From the NCBI GenBank assembly GCA_035996815.1, contig DASYJF010000134.1, positions 34,096 to 98,095 on the forward strand: DNA of 64,000 bases, read 5' to 3'. The notes beneath the pieces were generated by a model. It was not told where the DNA came from, searched no databases, and was given only the letters and a program-made list of their open reading frames with translations. Shown here one piece after another: positions 26,774 to 36,776 of the stretch. Both the position numbers and the translations under genes were made by a program. Positions within the stretch are counted from its first letter, which is position 1; every line of letters starts with the position of its first letter. The DNA is from Thermoanaerobaculia bacterium. Its GTDB lineage: Bacteria > Acidobacteriota > Thermoanaerobaculia > Gp7-AA8.

Positions 26774-28102
26774 TCAGCAGTATGCCTGCATCAACTCAGG
26801 GCGCTTTGCTTGAGCTACAAAAGCCATCCGCAAATCTGACACTAGTGAGCTGGTTGCTTTACCGGCCAAGGCGGCTTCGCACAGGTACGTAATTGCCATC
26901 CGAGCTGCCTCCGACGCGGTGAGTTGCGCGCTTTCGAAGTAGGCCATTGCCGGTCTGCAAGCGGCGGCTATCTCACTGTGCCGTTCGGTCGCAATCAGAA
27001 CTTCCGCGATATCGAGCGACACGATGGCCACGTCGTTGGCCATCCCAAGTTCGCCAAATTCTCCGCGTAGTTCGCTCAGCATGCGCAGCGCTGGCTCGTA
27101 CTGAGTCCGAGCGACGAAGATGCGGGCAAGCGTCCACCTCGCTTTCGCTCGGAAGGACATCATCCCCGCGGATTCAAACGCGCTTATTGCCTTGACGAAG
27201 TGTTCGGTTGCCGCGTCAAAATCGCCGAGTTCGCGGTAACACGTCGCGGCGTTCTGCTGAGCGGCTGCCCGCCAGCGGGCAGCGATCGTCTCTTCATTCG
27301 CGATTTCGAGATTCAGTCTCAAAGCTTCGCGGAAGCGGTGACTGCTATACAACGCCAGACCTTCCGCAAGTTTCGCCGCATAGGAACGGTCCTTGTCGCC
27401 ATACTCGCGGAAGATTGCGGCTGCGGACGCGATTACCGGTAGCGAATCACCGCTTCTTTCCAGAGCGCGGTAAACCATCGCGCGTACCAGATAAAGTCGT
27501 CCCAGTTCGTGGTTGGCGAATCGAACGCTGACGAAATGCGACTCCGACGTTGTGAGTGCACCGAGAGCTTCGCCGTACGCGCCTGTGTACAGAAGCGCGT
27601 ACCCGAACTCGTACCACGCGCTTCCGCGTAGTTGAGCGGCGCGATCCGAATCAGGCAAATTGTCCGCGATGGTGGACGCCATCCGCGTAATCTCCACCGC
27701 ATCCGACGGCATCACATCAATCGCGCGATCCGTCGCCGCGATCAACTTCCTCACCACGCCCGCCGTCCGCCATTCCGGGTGTTCGGCGAGGCGTCCCGCC
27801 CATGTGTCGCGTGATCCGGCCAGGAGTTGTTTGACGTAGCCCTCGGCGGCGGCGTCTTCGTCGGACATCGTTCGCTGCACGTTGCGGAGGAAAGCCAGCG
27901 TTTCGGGGCGAGGGGCGCTGGAAAATGATTCGCGGCTCCAGACGTCGGACTGCTTCAGCAGGCCGGCCGTGTCGCGGATCGAATTGAGCGTCTGTTTGCA
28001 GAGCGAGCAGCCGGCCAGGTGCCGGTCGCGCGCCGCGGAATCGATCGGCTCCGCGAGGAAACCGGCGAGCACTTCTTCGTCGTAATGCTGTTCGATCATC
28101 AT
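26774..28102 (-). CDS. putative anti-sigma factor (zf-HC2-type N-terminus plus TPR-like helical domain, no TM)
   Basis: N-terminal Hx3CxxC motif (HLAGCSLCKQ) typical of ChrR/RsrA-type anti-sigma factors. ATGA overlap with the upstream ECF sigma gene. Confidence 0.6.
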   Translation of the reverse strand: MMIEQHYDEEVLAGFLAEPIDSAARDRHLAGCSLCKQTLNSIRDTAGLLKQSDVWSRESFSSAPRPETLAFLRNVQRTMSDEDAAAEGYVKQLLAGSRDTWAGRLAEHPEWRTAGVVRKLIAATDRAIDVMPSDAVEITRMASTIADNLPDSDRAAQLRGSAWYEFGYALLYTGAYGEALGALTTSESHFVSVRFANHELGRLYLVRAMVYRALERSGDSLPVIASAAAIFREYGDKDRSYAAKLAEGLALYSSHRFREALRLNLEIANEETIAARWRAAAQQNAATCYRELGDFDAATEHFVKAISAFESAGMMSFRAKARWTLARIFVARTQYEPALRMLSELRGEFGELGMANDVAIVSLDIAEVLIATERHSEIAAACRPAMAYFESAQLTASEAARMAITYLCEAALAGKATSSLVSDLRMAFVAQAKRPELMQAYC

Positions 28103-28698
28103 CGCTTCACCGCCGTGATGCTGAGGTAGATCTCCCGAACCCGTTTCAGACAGTTGTGGATCAGCTTCTCCGCGTAGCGTGACGTCGTATCGAGCGACAC
28201 CGCAACATCATTTGCGGAACGGCCTTCGTAGTAATGGAGGTAAAGCGTTTCGCGGCAGCGCGGCTGGAGGTAGCCGAGCGCTTGCTGCATGGTGATGATC
28301 ATGGCCAGCTTGTCGGCGATTCCGTTCGACGACGGATCGGTGTGATCGTCAAAATCGTCGGGTAGCGGTTCGGTGCGTCCCTGGCCGCGCCAGTAGTGGC
28401 GGCTGGCGTTGCACATCGCCGCCACCAGCCAAGCCCGCGTGTTCTCGACCTTCGTCGTGGTCGTCATGAATGACACGAAGACTTCCTGGATCAGCCCTTC
28501 CGCGTCCTGCTCCGGGATGCGGAACTTGCGGCAGCCGACATGGAGAAGGAGCGGACGGTGACGAACGTAGAGCTCGCCGATCTCCTCAGGCTGCGGATCG
28601 GGCGCAGGCGCTGGCGGCGGCAGAACAGGTTCCACCTCCGGGGCAGGCATGGTCAGGGGGGCGCTTGTAAGCGTTTCCAGCACGTTTGGATCAAGCAC
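28099..28698 (-). CDS. RNA polymerase sigma-70 ECF-type factor
   Basis: Sigma-70 regions 2 and 4 with a Pro-rich N-terminal extension. GTG start. Confidence 0.85.
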   Translation of the reverse strand: MLDPNVLETLTSAPLTMPAPEVEPVLPPPAPAPDPQPEEIGELYVRHRPLLLHVGCRKFRIPEQDAEGLIQEVFVSFMTTTTKVENTRAWLVAAMCNASRHYWRGQGRTEPLPDDFDDHTDPSSNGIADKLAMIITMQQALGYLQPRCRETLYLHYYEGRSANDVAVSLDTTSRYAEKLIHNCLKRVREIYLSITAVKR

Positions 28699-28963
28699 GA
28701 CCGCGGTCCTCTCTCTCGGAAGCTGCGAGTCGATAATTATGGACGAGATGCGCAGACCATACCATGAAATCTGAAAAGTACAACTTTCCGTTGAGACGTC
28801 AATTTATGCGAACTGTCGATTGCTTGGAGTTCGCGCATCATAACCGATTAGTAGCGGAAAGGTGTCGCTGATTCTTGACGGACAGGATGGCGATTCCGCG
28901 AAGGGGCCGCCGCAGTGATGCTATCCTCCGCCGTCGCAAACGCCGCCCGCAGAAGGTAAGTCG

Positions 28964-30373
28964 ATGAATTCAGAACAGATCGCCCGTAGCGTCGATCAGA
29001 TTTGGGACGCTTCGATCGTTCCCACTCTCCAGCGGTACATCCGCATCCCCAACCAATCCCCTCTCTTCGATCCCGACTGGAAGCAGAACGGGCACATGCA
29101 CGAAGCGGTGGCCCTGGCGAAGGCATGGGTGGAAGAGCAGCGGATCGAAGGTCTACGCATCGAAGCCCACGAGCTGAAGGGACGCACGCCGCTCATCTTC
29201 ATCGAAGTCGATGGCGACGATTCGTCGACGGTGCTGATGTACGGTCATCTCGACAAGCAACCCGCCATGATTGGCTGGGACGCCGGCCTCGGGCCATGGA
29301 CTCCGGTCCTGCGCGACGGCAAACTCTTCGGACGCGGCGGCGCCGACGACGGCTACGCGATCTTCGCGGCCGCCTCCGCCATTCGGGCGGTAAAGGCGCA
29401 GAACGCGCCGCATTCGCGCATCGTGGTCATCATCGAATGCTGCGAAGAGAGCGGATCGCTCGATCTGCCCGCATACATCGATCTGCTCTCGGACAAAATC
29501 GGAACGCCGCGGCTCGTGATTTGTCTCGATAGCGGCTGCGGCAACTACGAGCAGCTCTGGATGACGACATCGCTGCGCGGCTCGATCGTCGGCAATCTCA
29601 CGGTCGAGGTACTCACCGAGGGCGTGCATTCCGGCGATGCCAGCGGAATCGTTCCGTCGAGCTTTCGCATCATTCGCATGCTCCTCGATCGCCTCGAAGA
29701 CGCGACGACGGGCCGCATCATCCCAGAGTGGCTGCACGCGGACGTTCCGCCGGATCGGATGGCCGAGGTGAGAGAGACCGCTCGGATCCTTGGCGACGAG
29801 ATCTACAACAAGTTCCCGTTCCTCCCCGGCATGACGCCGATGGCGACCGACCCTGTCGAACTTCTGCTGAACCGTACGTGGCGGCCGATGCTGTCGTATA
29901 CGGGCCAGGCCGGCCTTCCCGATCTCGTGCAGGGCGGCAACGTGCTGCGTCCCAAGACGTCGATCAAACTCTCTCTTCGCGTTCCGCCGACACTCGACGC
30001 CACCAATCTCGATGGAAAGTTGAAAGAGTTGCTGGAAAGCGATCCGCCGTACGGCGCGCGGGTCACGTTCGAGCCGGAGAAAGGCGCGGGCGGATGGGAA
30101 GTGCCGAAAGTGCAGCCGTGGCTGGAGAAATCGATCGACTCCGCGTCGCAGAACTTCTTCGGCAAGCCGGCCACGACGTGGGGCGAAGGCGGGTCGATTC
30201 CGTTCATGGGAATGCTCGGGCAGCGTTTCCCGAATGCGCAGTTCCTCATCACCGGCGTCCTCGGGCCGCACAGCAACGCGCACGGCCCGAACGAGTTCAT
30301 CGATATTCAGACGGGGAAAAATGTGACCGCCTGCGTGGCCCAGGTGCTCGCGGACGAACGGACGAACGCGTAG
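28964..30373 (+). CDS. M20 family metallopeptidase (dipeptidase/ArgE/DapE-like)
   Basis: M20 metal-binding motifs (YGHLDKQP, GRGGADDG, EESGS) and dimerisation domain. Confidence 0.85.
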   Translation: MNSEQIARSVDQIWDASIVPTLQRYIRIPNQSPLFDPDWKQNGHMHEAVALAKAWVEEQRIEGLRIEAHELKGRTPLIFIEVDGDDSSTVLMYGHLDKQPAMIGWDAGLGPWTPVLRDGKLFGRGGADDGYAIFAAASAIRAVKAQNAPHSRIVVIIECCEESGSLDLPAYIDLLSDKIGTPRLVICLDSGCGNYEQLWMTTSLRGSIVGNLTVEVLTEGVHSGDASGIVPSSFRIIRMLLDRLEDATTGRIIPEWLHADVPPDRMAEVRETARILGDEIYNKFPFLPGMTPMATDPVELLLNRTWRPMLSYTGQAGLPDLVQGGNVLRPKTSIKLSLRVPPTLDATNLDGKLKELLESDPPYGARVTFEPEKGAGGWEVPKVQPWLEKSIDSASQNFFGKPATTWGEGGSIPFMGMLGQRFPNAQFLITGVLGPHSNAHGPNEFIDIQTGKNVTACVAQVLADERTNA

Positions 30374-30377
30374 CGGC

Positions 30378-31271
30378 TTAGGCGTGGCCGCCCGCGTACT
30401 TTTTCTCTCCCGCTTCGATGCGGATCGGGAGCCGGTTCTGCGGAGGCGGGAGCGGACACGTCGCGTACGGGGTGAACGCGCACGGCGGGTTGTACGACTT
30501 GTTGAAGTCGACGATCGTCTTGCCGTTGGCGTCGGGCGGATGCGCGTAGAGGTAGCGCGCGGCTCCGTAGGTTTCTTTGCCGCTCGTCGCGTCCTTGAAG
30601 ATGATGAAGTAGTCCGTCTCGCCCTGCTCCAGAATCGGATCGATGCGGAACTCGCGGCCCTGCAGCGTGAAGACGAGCGCGCCCGGCGCGATCTCGTTGC
30701 TGGTCATTCCTAGGACGTTCGTGATCGGGATCTTCTTGGGCGGGTTGTACGGCTCGAAGCGCGCTTCCACGCTCGAGCTCGGATCGACCGGGAAATAGTC
30801 GAGCCCTTTGAAATGCGCGCGGGCATCGGCGTCCGTATCGCGAAGCCGAACTCCGAAGCGTGGTCCGTGCGCGGCGTCTTCGCGGCGAATCGCGACGAAT
30901 GACAACGTGCCGGTGCGGACCACCGTCGGCTTCGGCTGCAGGTCGTCTTGCAGCACGACCGGCGCGGTGACCGGCTTCCCCTCGATCGTCAGCGACGGAT
31001 TCGGCTGCAGCGTCACCTTCCCGTTCTGCAACACGAACTGCGCGGGCACTGGCGGCTTCGCGGGAAGCGAGACATCGTTGTTCCCGTCGCTGAGCCAGTA
31101 AAGCCCGGCCAGCGTCAGCCAGCCGTCCGGCGCCTTGAGCCGTTCGGCGCGATGCGCGCGCCAGGCATCCTCGTCCTTCTGAATCGATGATCCGTCGATC
31201 GTTCCGGCGGGAGGTTCGTAGCGGCAGGCGGCGGCGAGGAGGACGAGCAGGACGGCGAAAGCGGATTTCAT
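30378..31271 (-). CDS. DUF1684 domain-containing protein (secreted)
   Basis: Signal peptide. DUF1684-like region (WRAHRAERLKAPDGWLTLAGLYWL). Confidence 0.7.
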   Translation of the reverse strand: MKSAFAVLLVLLAAACRYEPPAGTIDGSSIQKDEDAWRAHRAERLKAPDGWLTLAGLYWLSDGNNDVSLPAKPPVPAQFVLQNGKVTLQPNPSLTIEGKPVTAPVVLQDDLQPKPTVVRTGTLSFVAIRREDAAHGPRFGVRLRDTDADARAHFKGLDYFPVDPSSSVEARFEPYNPPKKIPITNVLGMTSNEIAPGALVFTLQGREFRIDPILEQGETDYFIIFKDATSGKETYGAARYLYAHPPDANGKTIVDFNKSYNPPCAFTPYATCPLPPPQNRLPIRIEAGEKKYAGGHA

Positions 31272-31331
31272 CGGTCGGATAGGATACTCAAACCGTGGTT
31301 TCGAAATGTCGCAGAACCGTGTCCTATCGGG

Positions 31332-31946
31332 GTGAGCAATGTGGCCCCCTTTCCGGCGATGCGGCCGGAGCATGATGCGGTGATCCCCTCCTGGAATGAG
31401 GAACATCGACTGCTCGCCGCAATCCGCGGAGGCGATCGCAGCGCCGCGGAGGAGTTGGTCGATCGCACCTACTCATCGGTTTTCGCATCGATGTGCCGGC
31501 TCTGCGGCGACCGCGAGCTCGCGGCTGACCTCACGCAGGACACGTACCGCAAAGCGTGGGAAGCGCTGCCGGGATTCAACGGCCAGTCGCAGTTTTTCAC
31601 GTGGCTCTACCGCATCGGATACACGACATTTCTGAATCACATCCGCCGTCCGCGGCTGATGAAATCGCTCGACGACGAAAACATGCCGGAGACGCCGGAC
31701 AAAACGCCCGGCGCGGAGGAACTGCTCGGCAATGCCGAGGAAGCCGAACAGTTGAGGGAGGCAGTGCTGCGGCTGCCCGAAGATCTCCGTTTTACCGTCA
31801 CCGCACATTTTTGGGGCGGCCTCGCGGTGAAGGAGATTGCCGTAATCGAAGAGATCACAACCGTAGCCATCCGCAAGCGGCTACACAAGGCGTTTTCCCT
31901 GCTGGAACAAGCCCTCGGCCGGAACGTTGAGGAAGAAAGACAATGA
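31332..31946 (+). CDS. RNA polymerase sigma-70 ECF-type factor
   Basis: Sigma-70 regions 2 and 4. Confidence 0.85.
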   Translation: MSNVAPFPAMRPEHDAVIPSWNEEHRLLAAIRGGDRSAAEELVDRTYSSVFASMCRLCGDRELAADLTQDTYRKAWEALPGFNGQSQFFTWLYRIGYTTFLNHIRRPRLMKSLDDENMPETPDKTPGAEELLGNAEEAEQLREAVLRLPEDLRFTVTAHFWGGLAVKEIAVIEEITTVAIRKRLHKAFSLLEQALGRNVEEERQ

Positions 31947-33175
31947 CCCGTAACCGCAAAGCTGATCTGCAGCGGAAGCTGACCATGGCGCCGGTGGCGA
32001 AGCCGCCCGCGGGTCTGGCAGACCGCATCAAGAGCGAGATCCCGCGGCACTTCGCGTTTCAGCCCGAAAAAGAGCGCGCGCAGTTGCGCAAGTCGGCGAT
32101 GTTCAACTTGCGCATTGCTGCGTCGATCATCCTGCTCGTCTCGTCGCTGTATCTTGCGCTGCACCTCGTTTCACGAAACGGAGCGAACCTCGACACGCAC
32201 TCGATGATGGCGAGCAAGGACGCCGCCGCGCCGGCGCGCGTCGCCGTCGCACTCCCCAACACGCCGCCCGCCCCCGGCAGCGCGCGTGTGCAGGAGCCCA
32301 CGGATTTGCCGCCGCTTCCGCGCGTGCCGCCGCCGCCGAGCATCGCCGCGCAGCCGACGCACGAGCGCATCGCGGAAGTGAAACACGAGGAATCGGTCGC
32401 GATGTCCAAGGGGACTCCCGTTTACGTCGCCGATGCGGGCCAAACGCCGCCAATCACCGAGAGCACTTCGATCGTCAATGCCGTTCCTGCTGCGCCGACG
32501 GCTGCGCCGGCAGCGGAAGCACCGGCAATCACCGCCGAGGGCGGCGCGCCGTGGCGCGAGCGGACGTTCGCGAAATCGTCGGCGGCGTCACCGTCAGAGG
32601 CTCGCGACGCGGCTGCGCCTCAGGCCCGTAACTTCTACGCGATCCAGCAGGCGATCTCGCACGGCGAAACGCCGCGCGATGCGGACGCCTACGCGTTCGT
32701 GCAGCACTTCGCCGCGCCGGAGCGCAAGCCTGCCGATCTGCGCGTCGAGCTCGAAGCGTCAGCGACGCCGCTCGACGCAAACAGGTGGCTGCTGCGCGTT
32801 TCCGTCGACGCTCCTGGCAAAACATCCGCGCCAATCGATCTCGCATTCGGCGATGCCATCGCCACACACCGTGCGTTGACCGGATCGGTTGCGGCGAATG
32901 AAACGGCGTTGTACGAGATCGAGTTCAAGCCGAATGCGAAAACGGATGAGACCATCGCTACCATTCGTGCGGGCGACGCGAAAAATACGTTGCGGGTCGC
33001 CGATCTCCGTCACTGGAACGACGCTTCGCCGCGGATGAAGCGGGCTTCTCTTGCCGCTGCGTGGGCGCGCGTGCCGCAGTCGCGGAAGCAGACCGAGGAG
33101 ATCGTCGCAAAAGCGCGCGAAGCGCACATCGACGACCTGGCGGATATCGCCGAACAGTCCTTCAGGATCCGTTAG
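31943..33175 (+). CDS. putative membrane-anchored anti-sigma factor (one TM, Pro/Ala-rich linker, C-terminal domain)
   Basis: ATGA overlap with the preceding ECF sigma gene; N-terminal cytoplasmic segment followed by a single TM. Confidence 0.5.
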   Translation: MTRNRKADLQRKLTMAPVAKPPAGLADRIKSEIPRHFAFQPEKERAQLRKSAMFNLRIAASIILLVSSLYLALHLVSRNGANLDTHSMMASKDAAAPARVAVALPNTPPAPGSARVQEPTDLPPLPRVPPPPSIAAQPTHERIAEVKHEESVAMSKGTPVYVADAGQTPPITESTSIVNAVPAAPTAAPAAEAPAITAEGGAPWRERTFAKSSAASPSEARDAAAPQARNFYAIQQAISHGETPRDADAYAFVQHFAAPERKPADLRVELEASATPLDANRWLLRVSVDAPGKTSAPIDLAFGDAIATHRALTGSVAANETALYEIEFKPNAKTDETIATIRAGDAKNTLRVADLRHWNDASPRMKRASLAAAWARVPQSRKQTEEIVAKAREAHIDDLADIAEQSFRIR

Positions 33176-33429
33176 TTACGTGGGCGTCCGCCGCCGAAGT
33201 TCCGCACCGACTGAAAATGCACATCGAAGTAGCGGGCCGCCGCGCGCACGGCGCGCGAAACGGTCCACGCATCTTTCGACGGGATCCGCTCCAGCGCCTG
33301 CCGCATATTTTCGGGAAGCTTCGCGCGGCAACTGCGGCAAAGGGCATTGCCAATCGTCTTGTTGAGGTCGCAACGAGGGCAGCGCGGTGTTTTGGCCAGT
33401 CCGGAAACCTGTTCCTTCGTCAGCGTCAT
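33172..33429 (-). CDS. small zinc-ribbon protein (CxxC...CxxC)
   Basis: CPRCD...CRSC motif; 85 aa; good codon usage. Confidence 0.4.
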   Translation of the reverse strand: MTLTKEQVSGLAKTPRCPRCDLNKTIGNALCRSCRAKLPENMRQALERIPSKDAWTVSRAVRAAARYFDVHFQSVRNFGGGRPRN

Positions 33430-33536
33430 TTTTAGAATCCCTCTCTCCGAGCGCGGTTATTCTGCCATGAATACGCGCCACGCACGGCATCGGTTCCGCG
33501 CTGCATTAGAATTCCCGCGATTTCCAGGAGGATCCG

Positions 33537-34199
33537 ATGGGAGAACGCGTCGAATTTCCGTCGAACGGGCACACGTGCCAGGGCTACTTCGCAGGTAAAG
33601 GTCCCGGCATCGTCGTGATTCAGGAGTGGTGGGGTCTCGTACCGCACATCGAAGAGATCGTGGACCGCTTCGCCGGCGAAGGCTTCTCCGCGATTGCGCC
33701 CGATCTCTTTCACGGCAAAACGACCACGTCGCCCGACGAAGCCGGCCGGCTGCTGATGGAGCTCGACGCCGAGCGCGCCGAGAAGGAAATTGCCGGCGCC
33801 GGCGCTTACCTTCTCAGCCGGCCCGAATGCACCTCGAAATCGTACGGCGTGATTGGATTCTGCATGGGCGGCGCGCTCGCGCAGTACGCGGCGACGAAAG
33901 AAGCGAACGTCAGCGCCGCCGTCAGTTTCTACGGCGGCTTCAAGAAAGTCGCGTCGCATTGGTCCGATCTCACGGCTCCGATCATGCTCATCTACGCCGA
34001 GGCCGACCAAGGCGTACCGATCGAACAAGGCCGCGCGCTCGCGAAGCAACTCGAAGAGCTGGGCAAAGATGTTCGCCTTCTCGTCTACCCGAAGGTCGGG
34101 CATGCCTTCTTCAACAACACCGGCGGTAACTACAACCGCGAAGCCGCGGAAGACGCGTGGCAGCAGACGATCGCGTTCTTCAAAGCGCACCTCACGTAG
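33537..34199 (+). CDS. dienelactone hydrolase family protein
   Basis: Alpha/beta-hydrolase nucleophile elbow GFCMGG and DLH-typical layout. Confidence 0.85.
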   Translation: MGERVEFPSNGHTCQGYFAGKGPGIVVIQEWWGLVPHIEEIVDRFAGEGFSAIAPDLFHGKTTTSPDEAGRLLMELDAERAEKEIAGAGAYLLSRPECTSKSYGVIGFCMGGALAQYAATKEANVSAAVSFYGGFKKVASHWSDLTAPIMLIYAEADQGVPIEQGRALAKQLEELGKDVRLLVYPKVGHAFFNNTGGNYNREAAEDAWQQTIAFFKAHLT

Positions 34200-35122
34200 T
34201 GCAAGCGCTTCGCGTCGCTGTCTTCGCCGCGCTGCTGATTTTCTGCGTCACGCCGTGGGCGTCGCCGCCGATTGCGCTCGCCCTCGGCCTCGCGCTCGCG
34301 CTGACGCTCGGCCATCCATTCGCGTCGCGCAATTCGAAAGCGACGAAGCTCCTGCTGCAAACCTCCGTCATTCTCCTCGGCTTCGGGATGAATCTGCAGA
34401 AGGTCGTCGAAGCCGGGCGCACCGGCTTCATCTTCACCATCGTCACGATCGTCGGGACGTTGCTCCTCGGCTTCCTACTCGGCCGCGCGATGAACATCAG
34501 CCGCACCATCTCGCACCTCATTTCGTCGGGGACGGCAATCTGCGGCGGCAGCGCAATCGCAGCGGTCGGCCCGGTCGTCAACGCCACGGATGAAGAGATG
34601 TCGGTTGCCCTCGGCACGGTCTTCATCCTCAATTCGATCGCACTCTTCGTCTTTCCGATGATCGGCCACCGCCTCGGCATGACGCAGCCGCAGTTCGGCG
34701 TCTGGGCCGCGATCGCGATTCACGACACCAGCTCCGTCGTCGGCGCCGCCGCGAAATACGGAGCCGACGCGTTGCAGATCGCTACGACCGTGAAGCTGAC
34801 GCGCGCGCTGTGGATCGTTCCCGTCACGCTCGCCACCGCCTTCTTCTTCAAACGGAAATCAGCGAAGTTGACGATTCCCTGGTTCATCCTCTGGTTCGTC
34901 GTCGCCTCGGTGCTCCGAACCTACATCGCCGCGCCGTCCGAAGTCTGGTCGACGCTGACGATGCTCGCGCGCATCGGATTGACCATCACGCTCTTCCTGA
35001 TCGGTGCCGGCCTCTCGCGCAAATCGATCGCTGCCGTCGGCGCGCGTCCGCTCATCCTCGGCATTCTGCTGTGGATTGCGATCTCGTCGGTCTCCCTATT
35101 CGCCGTGCTGCGCACCGTGTGA
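34199..35122 (+). CDS. YeiH/UPF0324 family putative sulfate exporter membrane protein
   Basis: About 10 TM helices. GTG start overlaps the TAG of the upstream gene. Confidence 0.75.
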   Translation: MQALRVAVFAALLIFCVTPWASPPIALALGLALALTLGHPFASRNSKATKLLLQTSVILLGFGMNLQKVVEAGRTGFIFTIVTIVGTLLLGFLLGRAMNISRTISHLISSGTAICGGSAIAAVGPVVNATDEEMSVALGTVFILNSIALFVFPMIGHRLGMTQPQFGVWAAIAIHDTSSVVGAAAKYGADALQIATTVKLTRALWIVPVTLATAFFFKRKSAKLTIPWFILWFVVASVLRTYIAAPSEVWSTLTMLARIGLTITLFLIGAGLSRKSIAAVGARPLILGILLWIAISSVSLFAVLRTV

Positions 35123-36775
35123 GTACGTACGCAACCGCGTGCGGAGGATGTCGGCCGGACTGATGAATCCCGCTACGCGGCCTTCATCATCCGTGACTGC
35201 ACAGCGATCGACATTTGCGTGGGCGAGGCGGCGAATCAGGTCGAGCATGTCGTCCGCCGCATTGGCGACGATGACGTTCGGCTGCACGTGCGCGGCGATC
35301 GGCTCGTCCATCGTTCCCGATTGTGCGGCGATGTCGATGGCCGAGGATGGAAGGACGCCGAGGAGTTTGCCGTCCTCGTTGACGACCGGATAGGCGCGGT
35401 GGCGACTGCCGGACATGCGCCGCGCCGCGTCGAGCATCGACAGGTCCGCGCGAACGGTCACGATAGCCGTGCTCATGACGTCCGCGGCGGTCAGGCCGGC
35501 CAGTGGATCATTTGCTTCAACCGGCTCGCGGAAGCCTTCCTCGTGCATCTGCAACTCGGTCAGGCTGTGCGGCGCGATGCGTCGCGAGAGGCTTGTGGCG
35601 ATGGCGACGGCCAGCATTACCGGCAGAACGAGGCCGTAGTCGCCGGTAGTTTCGAAGACGATCAGCACCGCCGAGACCGGACAGCGCAGGAACGCCGCGA
35701 AGAAGGCGCCCATGCCGATGAGCGCATAGGCGCCGGGGTCGACATGCGCGTGCGGCAGAACGAGCGCGGCGGCGTGACCGATGCTTCCGCCGAGCGCCGA
35801 GCCGATGAACAGCGACGGCGCAAACGTACCGCCGATGACGCCACACGATAGCGCCGCCACGAACGCAGCGATCTTTCCGCCGAAGGCGACCGCCGACTCG
35901 CGCAACGTCGCGCCGCCGTGCAGGAAGAGCGACGTGGTTTCGTAACCCACACTGAGAACGTGCGGGACGAAAACGCCGATGCCGCCCACGATCGCGCCTC
36001 CTACTGCCGCCCGGATCGCGATGTGCGGAATGACGCCCACCATGACGCGCCGCAATCTCCAAATGGCGACGATGGCGATGCCGCCGGCGATTCCGGCGAC
36101 GACGCCCGCCGCAGCGAATCCGATCAGCTCGCGCAGATCGCTCCACGATGCCGGCGAGACTGCCAGGATCGGTTTGCCGCCGAGCATGAGCCGCTCCACG
36201 ACGGCCGCGGCCACGGCCGCGATAATCGTGCCGCCCAGAACATCGCGGCTGGCGGTGCCCATCACTTCTTCCATCGCGAAGACGACTCCGGTGATCGGCG
36301 TATTGAAAATCGCGGCGATGCCGGCGGCGGTGCCGACCGGGATCATGCTGCGCACGATGCTCTTCGGCGCGCGGGCGATCCGCGCAATCCACATCGCCGC
36401 GCCGCTCGCAATGACCACCGTCGGACCCTCGGGACCGAGCGGAGCACCGGCGCCGAGGGAGATCGGCGTCAATGCGAGGGTGGCCAGAATGCTGCGGTCG
36501 TCGAGGATCGCGACATCGTCCTCGTACGCGCGGCGAACGCGCGCCAGATTCGCTCCCGATGCAAACGGCGCCACGCGTCGAATCACCAGCGCGATCAGGA
36601 ACGACGCCACCGCCGGCACGGCGATCACCAGTACGAATCGTAGCGGCGGGTGCTGATCGAGCGCCGCGCCGATGAGGAGCGTGCGCATCGTATCGACCAG
36701 TTTGTGAAATCCGACCGCGACGATGCCGCACGCGGCACCGGCAACGATCAGAAGGAGTAGTGGAAAACGGCGCAC
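35096..36775 (-). CDS. ClC family voltage-gated chloride channel with C-terminal CBS pair
   Basis: ClC selectivity motifs GxEGP (GPEGP) and GIxxP, followed by two CBS domains. Confidence 0.85.
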   Translation of the reverse strand: MRRFPLLLLIVAGAACGIVAVGFHKLVDTMRTLLIGAALDQHPPLRFVLVIAVPAVASFLIALVIRRVAPFASGANLARVRRAYEDDVAILDDRSILATLALTPISLGAGAPLGPEGPTVVIASGAAMWIARIARAPKSIVRSMIPVGTAAGIAAIFNTPITGVVFAMEEVMGTASRDVLGGTIIAAVAAAVVERLMLGGKPILAVSPASWSDLRELIGFAAAGVVAGIAGGIAIVAIWRLRRVMVGVIPHIAIRAAVGGAIVGGIGVFVPHVLSVGYETTSLFLHGGATLRESAVAFGGKIAAFVAALSCGVIGGTFAPSLFIGSALGGSIGHAAALVLPHAHVDPGAYALIGMGAFFAAFLRCPVSAVLIVFETTGDYGLVLPVMLAVAIATSLSRRIAPHSLTELQMHEEGFREPVEANDPLAGLTAADVMSTAIVTVRADLSMLDAARRMSGSRHRAYPVVNEDGKLLGVLPSSAIDIAAQSGTMDEPIAAHVQPNVIVANAADDMLDLIRRLAHANVDRCAVTDDEGRVAGFISPADILRTRLRTYSHGAQHGE

Positions 36776-36776
36776 T

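Noticed and set aside
31272-31331. ECF-type promoter (GAACC ... CGT) upstream of the sigma gene at 31332
   Set aside because: A GAACC is present, but the spacing to any CGT-type -10 element and to the start codon does not fit ECF promoter geometry. This is not supportable without TSS data.
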